From Lytechinus pictus (Eukaryota), in assembly GCF_037042905.1 (NCBI RefSeq), contig NC_087251.1, positions 47,616,001 through 47,680,000 of the forward strand: DNA of 64,000 nt. The letters are read 5' to 3'. The notes beneath the pieces were generated by a model. It was not told the DNA's origin, made no database searches, and saw only the letters and a list, made by a program, of their open reading frames with translations. Shown piece after piece: positions 11,616-23,100 of the stretch; positions within the stretch are counted from its first letter, which is position 1; every line of letters starts with the position of its first letter. Made by a program: the position numbers and the translations under genes.

Positions 11616-12410
11616 ACCGGTGTGTTGGCTCAGTTGGTAGAGCGTCTGTCTCACAACTGGGAGGTCGGGAGTTCAAACCCCGGCTGCGTCAGACCAAAAG
11701 GGGGTAAAAGATGGGAGTTGCTGCTACCCTTTTTGACGTTCAACGATTAAAGGGATAGAGCCTCATTGATCTGGCGCTGCTGGGCCAACAATTAAAGGGA
11801 TGGTCTGGGCTGAAAATATTTATATCTCAATAAATAGAGTAAAAAATCACAAAGCAAAATGCTGAAAATTTGATCAAAATCTGATAACAACAAAAAAGTT
11901 ATTGAATTTTAAAAATTTGCATTATTCCGGTGAAATAGATCTAGGCAAATCTTTATGAATATTCATAAGGTGGGTTGATGATGTCATATCCCCACTTGTT
12001 CTGTTGTATTTTATTATATGAAATTAGGTTTATTCAAATTTTTTCTACCAAGAACTTTAACAATTGCCGCAACTTATTTCATCATTATGGAGACACATCA
12101 CTTACACATGTATGAAAAAATGAAACATTATTTCATGTAATAACATAAAGAGGAAAGTGGGGATGTGACATCATCAGCCCACCTAATGAATATTCATGAC
12201 GTTGTGCATATACATGTGTAACTGTTTTCACAAAATATTGATATCCGATTTTGATGAAATTTTCAGCATTTTGCTCTGTGAATTTTACTCTATTAATTTA
12301 GATATTTATATTTTCAGCCCAGACCATTCCTTTAATTGGGCAAAATAAATTTGAGTATTTCATTTCTTATGCTAATTTCGAACAATAAACTATGGATTTT
12401 CATTTTTTTA
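11616..12410 (+). mobile_element. tRNA-derived SINE with Meta-domain-like core, interrupted by a MITE
   Basis: A-box tggctcagttggtagagcg, B-box gttcaaacc, then gtcagaccaaaag...ttgctgctaccct...attaaagg. Apparently resumes after 12335. Confidence 0.7.
11796..12331. mobile_element. Kolobok-like MITE (TTAA TSD)
   Basis: ttaa|agggatggtctgggctgaaaa ... ttttcagcccagaccattcct|ttaa, with long inverted arms. Confidence 0.85.
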
Positions 12411-13088
12411 TTTTGTGGGACAAAAAAATGCCTTTATTTTGCAAGCATTATATTTTTGGCCTCCATTACTAAAACCTTTCTCAATAAATCAATGCTCAAC
12501 TGATCTTCACTAAGTTGTGAATTGGAACCAATAAAAGTGCACCTGCCAAACTCGTCAGCAATATTTTGGTATGGCTGTGTTCAAAACTAGGTGCTGACCA
12601 AAAGAGTTATTAGGAAGATTTCATTGACATATGTAGGATTCAAGGAGAGAGGGAACATATAAGTCACATGACACTGGAAACCTTTATTAACAGGAATGCT
12701 TTAGCCAGAGCATTATGTTGTTACCTCTGAATCCTTGATGGAAATGGCATTCTGGTTATTGTATTTCTGACAGGTAGTTCCCTGTCATGTAGCAAACTCT
12801 CTACTCTTGAAATCCGTTGTATGTCACTGAGAGAAAACCCCTTATTGGAAGCTGCTTCAATACAGTTTTCACACACTAATTTGCTCTCATCCAATCAGAT
12901 GCAATGATTTCCAGTAGCTTTATCTGTCAGTGGAAATCACGGACAAAAAAATTCATGAAACATTCCCCAGGTCAATGCTAAAATTCATCCCACAGTCAAA
13001 GATCAATATTTGAGCATGTGATGTTCCTGTGAAAGTATCTCTGTCTGCTGTGAATTACTAGATCATGAACTTATTGCTAGGGGTGGAC

Positions 13089-13679
13089 TAACCCGGAGAG
13101 CTCTGGCCCGCAAACGGTGCCCAGAAGGTAACCATAGGCTGCCGCAGGTAACAAATTCTGACATGGGTACCTTTGAGGTTGGGGTACCAAAAAACACCCA
13201 AAATTATAGGGACAAAAAGAAATCATGCACCCACCTTGATTCTATGGTTGAAGGTCTAACGGACAGCCGACACTGAGGCAGTAACCAGACCCTCAAAAAA
13301 GGGGAAGAAAGGCAGCATTCGTTCACTCGCTTTCAAAATTGCAAACGAAACTGGCCGATCGATATACTGAGGGCGCATGCGCAAATTTGGCCAAGTCTAT
13401 TTTGCGCATGCACCATCGGTATATCGATTGGCCAGTTTTGTTTGCAATTTTGAAAGCGAGTGAACGAATCCTGCCTTTCTTTCCCTTTTTTGACGGTCTG
13501 GTTACTGCCTCTGTGTCAGGATTCTGATGTCCGTTAGACCATCCATAGAATCGAGGTGGGTGCACGATTTCTTTTTTTTCTTTAATTTTGGGTGTTTTTT
13601 GGTACCCCAACCTCATAGGTACATGTACCCATGTCAGAATTTGTTACCTGTGGCAGCCTATGGTTACCTCTCTGGGTTA
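13089..13679. mobile_element. Foldback (fully palindromic) non-autonomous transposon, 9-bp TSD
   Basis: TAACCC..GGGTTA ends, ~290-bp arms, GGGGTGGAC flanking both sides. Confidence 0.85.
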
Positions 13680-14127
13680 GGGGTGGACGGAATATTGAAA
13701 GAATAACCAAATGCATTGTCAGACTGTTTAAGGCAATCCTCAGATAATTATAAAATAAGGCCTACATATGTATGAATAATTACCGTTTTTGAACAAATTG
13801 ATAATACAAATGAATGCATCATTTTTGCATAGAAACATCATACTTATGCGTTAGTTACAGCAACGAAACTGATTCCAAACCAACCAATGGTATGCCATTT
13901 GATAAAGTGTTGTATGATTGACCTGGGTCCAGTAACACAAAGGTTAGTGATTGATCGTACGCTTGATTTTCACGATTGAATGCAATCAATCATAGAAAAA
14001 TGTTCTACGATCATTGCTAAGTTTTGTGTTACGGGCCCCTGGAGTTGGTTTCGCCAATGTGACCATAGCATTAAATTCTACACTGCCTTTCAAGGACAGT
14101 ATTTCAAGTTTGTTCATGTAGCATTCA

Positions 14128-17100
14128 TCACAGCGTTGCATTCAGGGCATTTGTCTTTGGTGATTTGGTTGGGGATTTAGACCCAGGACTCTTGGCCCTA
14201 GGACTCTTGGCCCTTGGGGTCTTGGCCCTTGACCCACCAGGGCTAGGTGTCCTAGGTGCTTGCTCCAGGGTCTTGCTCAACCACTGTTCCTCGTGAACAT
14301 ACTTTTCATCAAGTTCGCTGGTGAAGTTGACCGTTGCATCCAGAGACCTTATACCCGCACTGACAGTATCGGCCTTCCTCCCTCGCGAGTCCCACTGAGT
14401 TGTGTCTGGTTTGATGGTGGTGCGCAGCTTCTGGAGACGATCCGGCGACAGCGCATCGCGGACCACCTTGGGCTTCAGGTCCTGGAACTGTTCGGCGACC
14501 GGCTTGTAGAGTGGGTTCCGCCTGTTCTGCTGCACCCGTTCCATCTGTCGCTTGCGCTCCTCGCGTTCGGCTTGTATCATCTCAGCATGGCCAATCTTAA
14601 GCTCTCTGTAGTGTTCAGTGAATGTGTTTGACAGAACAGTGTAGGAAAGCATACACCGGTATACCAATGTATAGCCAATAGAAATGCAGGATTGTGTTTG
14701 TCAAGTTGTATTGGCAGATAGTAGTGCAGGTGTAACACAATAAACATGAAAATGGAAGATGGTAATGAGCATAACAAACCAAAAGATAAGGATGTTGTGA
14801 TCACAAATGTTGAAATTGAAAGTCAGAACACCCCAAAGTGAAAGTTACATGAAAAGCGAATGGAAAGCAATGAGACAAGACACACACGAAACGACAAGTG
14901 CGAGATAGTGGAGATGAAAAAAATAAATTTGAGAGAATAATTTATTTAAATAAGTACAATATATATATAATACATAATACAAACATGACAAGAAAATGCA
15001 GTAGTATTAATGATTTAGGGTACATTTTATCTGGATGACAACATGGTCTTCCTTTTTATCAAAGATTGGCATTTTAGGTATGATATAATGTCCAAAACTT
15101 ATTTTGATTATTCTGGTTTTCATTTTAGTATTTATTGGTTTTCTGGATGTGTTCACACATGGACTCTGAAGGAGACCAGCAGCTTTACGATCTTTCCTAC
15201 ATTCTGCAGCTTTGTGATCTCCTGGCCCCAAGATGCTTCAAACTATCAGCACAAGTACTACTGTATGGGCTTCAGGTTTGTGCTACTGGTTCTACAAATT
15301 TGCAGGCAAGTCCTACGAGCACTACATGCTACAAGGCGTCGGCTCTTTTTCATAAAATTGCATGAAATTATATGAATTTCTGACAAATGTTCTATCGACC
15401 AACCGAATTGCACCATTTCAGTGGCTTATAAACACTGTGGCCCATGACATAAGGCTTAGTGATTGATCGCAGGGTTGATTTATATAATTGATTGCACTGT
15501 GTATGATTAATTGTGAAAATCACCCTACGATCAATTGCCAAAGCTTTATGTAACATCCTTGTCATTAACAATGAGTTTTATGAAACTGGATCCAGGTCTA
15601 TCATGAACAGCTCATTTATCTGCTGTCGAGGAATGACCATGCTGCGGGTAAGGAAAGTGAAAGTAAATGAGAAAAATCATAGCAATCAATGGGTGTTATT
15701 ATTAGTTATTGTGTAGTTGAAAAGATAATTCATTGCTGTGGGTAGTATTTTCAAAGCCATGGCTCAGTAAACCGTATAGGTTAACTTCTTAGACTACACT
15801 TTTTATGGAGTGCCATTTGCTAACCCCTCACGCCCCCCCCCCCAGGAAAATACCTTGAACTTGCAGTAAGTTTTCCCCAAAGTAACCTTTCTTGTGAAAT
15901 TTGAAGATAATGATATTTATGGGTATACAACAAATTTAATGGAAATTTTGGGTATACATTTTTCATGATTGAATAAGATGAAATCAAACATTCCATAATA
16001 ATCTAGGCTAAAGTTTTTGTTTAGATTACCCTTAAACCTTGAATTATAAGAATACTAACAAAGGCGTTCATGGTACAAAGGAAGATGGCCAGCAAATTTA
16101 TTGATTTTAACTTTATTGTTCACTATTTCAGGGTGTTATGCATACAAAATTTGCTATCCCTGGCATTTCTCTATGTAATAATGCAGAGTTGCCGACCCTT
16201 ACGGCATATTAATTAGATGAGTTGTAATGTAAATTCGGTGTCGACTTCCCGACCGAATGACCGAGCGAAAAACTTTTGTTAACACGTTTCGTCTCGTAAA
16301 AAACATTTGGTTCATCCGTTTGGTCGTTCACATTGTAATTTATCTGATAAACATTCTGTGACGGTTGGCATCCCTGAATAATGTAAGACTGAACTCTTAT
16401 GAATTTCAATTTTAGAAGCTTTGGGTGTTGGTTAAAGTTTTCAATTTCGAATTTATTTGTGTTGCAAACCAAGTGATAGTCCCTGAAAACTTCTTCACAT
16501 TAACTCAAAGAGTAAAGCTATACATACATGTTGTTTGTATATTCATTGTGTGAAGTGCATGATTTGTTTTCTTTGTATACCCCTCTTCTATCACTCATTG
16601 AAGTGCAATACTGTTCTTTTTTTATTATTATTATGTCTTTATGATTTATAACAGAGTGTGTCCTGATTTTGATGAAAAAACACAATTCACTTAATTTGAG
16701 TTAACATGTTACCTCAAATGAAATGAATTTTTTTTGTAACAATTATTCCCCTTTAGGGTATTGTAGGCAATTGTCATAAAGTTTTTTTTTTTTTTGGGGG
16801 GGGGGGCTTGTGTAACCTGGGGTGGTATTCTGAAAATTGTCTTAACTTTTCTTGTAACTTTTCTTGTAACTCAGCAAGATAAGAGCTCGCTAAAATTCTC
16901 TTGAATCAGTATTCTGAAAATTGTCTTATCTCTGTAAGGACGTCCCCTATTTTATCTCTGACACGCCCAATATTTCATCATCAACCAATTATTAAGCTTG
17001 TTATATGCTTAGGTCAACCATGCCAATAGAAGCGTCTCTTCTGAAAAATAATGAAGCGCATAGTTGATATGAGGCGTAATTTCCTTGCGCCTTCGACGCT

Positions 17101-20100
17101 TATGCTTGTGCGGTTCTGTGCTAAAAATACACGTGGCTCTTCTCAAAGATATATTTTCTCTGAAAAGATTCATCGTCTCGAGCACCAATTTTTACTTCCT
17201 GAAAAGTCTACCAATCCGTCGTTATAATGTCTCCTTTTGTAAAACATGATGTTCTTGCGGGATGCAGCAAGAAATAATTATTGCAGGCGGGCAAATATCG
17301 CATGCAACAATAAGTTACATTAGCCCCCTACCTCTTGTAAATTTTCTTGTATTTTGCAAGGAAGTTAACAGAACGCAAAGATAAGAGAATTTTCAGAATA
17401 CCTTTTATCTCGATATGTTATCTTGCGCAAAGGGATATTTATGTGCCGTTTTTAACTTTACGCATAATTCTAGCTCTGACATCATACACGCTCAGCAAAA
17501 TTTACAAAGAAAATTTACAAGAAAAGATACAAGAATTTTCAGAGTACGGATTTTTTTGTAACTCTAAAGATACAAGAATATTTCTCTTAAAACAATTTTC
17601 AGAATACGGCCCCTGTTTCTTTCGGACTAAGTTTCTATGGGGTAGCATGAAAGTTCTGAAGTTCAAGACTGATGTTGTGTAACTGGAGAGCGTTTCATGA
17701 AAGGACTTGTCGGACGTTTTATCCGACAAGTCCTGTTTTATCCGACAGTTACTATAGTAACAGTGCTTCTCAACCAATCAGAATCCAGGAAAGTTGTCAG
17801 ATCTGACAACTTGTCGGACGAAAATATTGATGAAACGCCCCCCAGGTGTCGCTAAGTGCCCGGTTGCTTTTATTTTGCTGACAATATTTTGTGTATTTTA
17901 TGATAAAGAATTATGCAAATGAGGGTCATGCTTTTCAGCTTTCTTTATTAGTTTGCAAAAACTTGGTGCAAAGTATTTCCAACATTTAAAAAAAAAATCG
18001 GTTGAATTCTTTTGTTATTCATCAATAGGTAAATTTCTTCATATAGTATTGTTTTTTACTCTTCTTACTATTTAATGTGTTTTAATGAGTAAATAAGTTT
18101 CAAATGGTTGAGCATGTGAAATTAATACATTTTGTGGGAATTTGTAAGAATCATTTTTTCCCATTCCTCTGTACCCAAACATGTCACAAATGTGGAAATC
18201 TTGAAAGAAAAATATTGGCAGACATTTTGGCTTCATTTATACCACCCTTCTCCTCGTCGTTAGAAATTATATAGAAGTTTTGAAAGCCTGAATTGCACTC
18301 AATTTAGTCGGCTGTACACTACATTAATGTGGCAGTGAGTGTGACTGATACTTTCTCAGACAATGTTTTGTTGTCGATGTACATAAAAATAAACATTTGT
18401 AAATATTTGGATACATTCCTGCCATATTAGATCATGAAATAAATATAAAATACATGAAACACGCAAAGCTCTAAGTTTGTTCATTTTTTCTGAGTCTTTC
18501 AAGAAATACAGAAATTGTGTATCAGGTTTAATAACAGAATGTATTGAACAGTTAGCTGGTAACAGAAAATTGTTTACCATTGCACACTTTATGATCGCAA
18601 CTATAATCATACCAATTTGCATGAAGTACAGAAATCTGAAATTTAATTACTTCTTTGGAATATTGTAATCAAAACTTTGTGTGACCTTTTGGACCTCAGT
18701 TCTGATATTCAATTGCCATATTACAATAAACATCTTTTTTTTTCTCAATGAGGTTTCTGAATGTGTAGTTTTTATAAAAATATATATATATGTTTGAAAC
18801 TTTGGAGAGTCTTGAATATGATATCAAAAGCTTAAACATCTTTCCTGTAACCATATCCAGGAGCTGTAAGATGGCCATTTTCATTCTTTTGTACACATTT
18901 ACTGAAAAACGGGTGAGGAGAGTGTGAAACATTCTAAGCCCCTGATATCACAGGAAAATATAGCATGCGATAGGATAAGGAGGGGTGGTATCTTACCCAT
19001 AATCAATCTCTCCATCCCCATCCTTGTCTAATGTTTCTACCAGTCTGTTCAATAGATGCGGTTTCATCTGTAAACCCGAGCTCTGCAAGGAAGAGTGCAA
19101 AATGATGGTGTATGGGTTAAGAAATATTTGACATAATGATTAAAGGTTATGTGATAAGCCAGGACTATTTGGAAGCTACTTGTGAGGTGTTACAAGAATT
19201 GTTTTTGTTCAATCCCATAGTAATAGCGCAAGATGAAAAAAAAATAGGCGCAAGTCCATTGATTGCAATCAAATTTCGCATTTGATTGCAACCCCACAAG
19301 TAGCTTCAGAAGAAGAGAGTTCAGTGTTTTGTGACAAGGTGTGAAAATACTCAGCACCATTTTCATATCATTTATACTTTTATACTTTTTATTGGAACTG
19401 CAAGGTGTTTTTATGTGTTTTGTAACTTTTCGAAATTTCATTTAATGGAAAAAATATTTTTATTCAATATTATTTGGCCATTCTGATGAAAACTATCAGT
19501 ATCATCAGCCATATTTTCTAATTTTTGATCTGACATTCATTATATGCACAGAAGAGTCTGCATATTCATCCCTCCGTATTTTGAATAATGGTCTTAAGAC
19601 AAAGTCTTATTTTCAGACCAGAATATGCAAAAATTTTATTAACATCTACTAAGTAAAATTTTGTGTTTCATCATCATAACAGATTTCTGTGCTTCCCAAA
19701 GATTTGGCTAACACAAATTCAACTGAATTGTGTTAAAAATACAAAAGCAAATAAAAGCTGAGATAATTCAGCTGTTAGTCTTTTGACCTACCACTAGTCC
19801 TTTCTTGAACTCCTCTCGGGTGACTGTCAAGCTCTTGTCCTTGTCGTAAGCCTTGAAGAGGTCCCATACTCTCAGGTTATTTGCCGAGATGAAGTCTTTG
19901 AGCATCTTTATGGGATCTGGCTCCTTCTCGGGAGGCTTCTCAAACTGGCCAAAGGATGACTTGTAGGTGACCAGGAACTCTGGACGAATCTCCTTCAGTT
20001 CGGTCAACAGTTTCACGCAGTCTTTGTTCACTGTGATATCCTGTGCAATGAAGAAAGCATAACTCGTCAAGACGTGACATCACTTACTACTTGATCTTTG

Positions 20101-23100
20101 GCTATGTAGAACCTTACAGAAGAAATGTGGAATCATACCTCGATGGTGTGTCATGAAGCTGTTCATACGTAACAATGACTTTTCACACGACTGGAACATG
20201 ATCCTAGGGGCTAAATCAGCTACAGTTACATGTAGAACAAGAACGGCTGACCGGTTTTGCTTAAAGTCATGGAAAACTTACAACTCAAAGAAACATTCCC
20301 CTGAGATGTCGGGTGTAATGACGTGTGATTTCTATTTTCATGTGAATACTATTTATTTAAGAACTAAACTTCGTAAGTGGAGAAAGTGAATGGTTTTAAT
20401 CAGAAAATCCAAATGAAGGTTATTGTAATTTTAATTCCGACATTGACAAAAAAAGTTACACTTTGACTTGTCAACAAGAAGAATGTACATCTGCTGAGGT
20501 TTGGTATCTGAGAACTGTTACATTTTGAAGAACTAAGAATATAAAAGAAGTTAAGAAGGATCATATACTTACTGCAAAGTCTAGTAGTTCTAGTACAGTG
20601 TTTGAATTGTTCTTCACTGCAATGAGAATTGCCATAGCTCCAGCTGCTGTAATGGGGTTTTGACCAAGCTAAGGGGGTGAAACAGATGAAAGACATAATG
20701 TAATGTTCAAGAGAATAAAATAAATACTACTAGTAATAACTTTAATATCATCTTTTGATAGTCATTCTTGTCCCCCCCTTTTTCGGAGGGGGGGAGATTC
20801 AATAATTTCAAAACAGTATGTTCAATCGTATAATGATGAAAATAAACACAGCATTCAATATGCGCCATCTATCTGGTGAACTATTCTGAGGCACACAGAG
20901 AATGGGGGAAGAGAGCTTAGGAATTACAAGTAGAATAGTTTTGCTTTTGTGTGGGTGTATAGACAGATCAAATTAGCTTAGAACATTCAACAAGATTAAG
21001 ATGAAAACAGACGTGATATTTAGATACTTCAGGCAATTCTGCTGATTGGTTCCTCTGTGGAACAGCATTCTGATAATCAAGTATTGCTGGGAAATTTTAC
21101 ATTTTCAGAAAATTTTCTGTAAATTCAAAATACAATTCACAAAGGAATTTGCAAACCTTGGACACTTTCGGTCTTGTAACTTAACTTTCAGGAATGCTAT
21201 TACCGTCAAAGCCCATGGTTCCACGGCTTCAAATTTCCGATCATTGTGGTTTTAACAGCTACACCAACACCAATCTCAGTGACTGGACTAACCTTCAAGA
21301 CCTTGATACTGTCGTTGATCTCTACGCCCTTGGACAGCATGAAGGCGCCCTCGTTGGTGATCCTGTTGTTACTCAGGTCCAACCATTGCAGCGTGCTGTT
21401 GAACTTGAGAGCCTCTGCCATGGCCAGCGCACCCTCATTGCCGAAGCCGTTCCAGGAGAGGTTCAATCTCTTAATACTAAGGTTTTCCTGGTAAAGGGAA
21501 GACAATAATTAGCCAGTTCAAGATAATAGATGAGCATACGTAGATGAGGTCATTGCAGACCACGGTTCTGATTCATAATCATATTACATTACAATTTCTA
21601 TAAAAAGTTTAGTATCAGGTAATCAGATTGTTTGGTAAAATGTTATTACAAATTTGATATTGTAACAAGTTTTATGAAACAGACCCAAAATCTAATCCGT
21701 ACTGGACCCGTTTCATGAAGAGTTACAACTATGGAAACCACCTTTTTTATGCATGCAGAGTAATATACTACTTTCAGCATGATTTATTTGCTATTTACCA
21801 TTACTTATCCATCCCTTTAAGTGAATGCAGTTTATCAAATAAGATTTTAGTGTAGTCTTACCGCCAATCCTCTGCAGATGGCTATTGCCCCTTTCCTTCT
21901 CAGGTGGTTCCAGCTGAGGTTCAAATGTTCTATAGATTCAGTTGCACCTATAAAAATGACATAATAGATATTCATTATGCTAATTAATTTACATAATCAT
22001 ATCAAAATTATTATCAGAAAGGAGAAAATGCTTTAAAAAGTTTGCTTAATGAGTCTTTAAGCAAAACTTCAATATCTCACTATAGAGACACTTATTTTGA
22101 TGAGTGCTTATTTTGAATAGTATATTTGGTGTGTTTTATTTACCAACAATATTTAGGTCTACATACAAACCTTTTTTTTAATCAATGATAAGTTCAAATC
22201 CCTGTGATTATGATTTCATCAAGCTCATTGGTTTTGGTTATCTATCTATTCTGGATGATATTGAACATTATTTTTGTTGTATTATAACCAAACCGGTTAA
22301 TTCTTGTATATTATTTAAAAGAAAAACCCAAATGTTAATGTTTTTCATAATCATTTTCAAAATACTCACCTATTCCATGTCCAAGGATCTCCCCTCCTAC
22401 CTCACCAAACTCATTGTGACTTAGGATGAGCTCTTTTATCCTGTAGTTTGTCTGTAAAGAACACACACACACACACAAAGTTTTTTTGGGACCGTACTCG
22501 TAAACAACTTCACAGTCGTAAGGTCTCAATCAAGTCAAGAAATTGATTCAGGTCATTGTATACAGAAACTTAAAAATCATTTTGGGGGAGTTTTTCATGA
22601 AGCATCTTGCCAGTGATTTTCACTGACAAATGTGCTCTGAGCCAATCAGATGCAAGGATTTCAGTAGCTTATAACGATTGTCAGTGAAATCACTATTTTT
22701 TTCAATCTTTCATGAAATACTCCCCAGGTCTTTTAGGATAATAAGTTTCCATAAATGTGCAATGAATTAAACAGAGCTAGAATGGGGCAAGATCAATGCA
22801 ACAAATTATTTTCTAACAGCAATTGTCAATTATATTTTAAGTAGAATATTGACCGATAGTTGAAAAAAGCAAGTCAGTTTGCTTTATATTGCCTTTTGAT
22901 TTGACATTATTCCCCATTACCACATCCATTGAAAAGGACCCATAATTTCATATCAGTCTGGTAAAATAGCCATCCCTAAAAACGATATTCCCCCGTGTTT
23001 TATTACTAACCCTAAATGCATCGGTGAATTCATTTGCATCTTTGTCTTTGAAGTCATTACCTGCAGTGGAGTAAAGATACATTGATCAAGTTTAAGTCGT

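Noticed and set aside
11616-11690. tRNA gene (also 47695-47767 and 63500-63572)
   Set aside because: tRNA-like heads run into SINE bodies with no oligo-T terminator and poor acceptor stems.
14260-14631. Antisense ORFs over GC-rich exons (also 21194-21508, 29094-29507, 49379-50052)
   Set aside because: Shadow frames of real coding exons.
15007-15375. Possible alternative LRRC74 exon or overlapping ORFs
   Set aside because: All frames after the plausible acceptor stop quickly; no similarity recognised.
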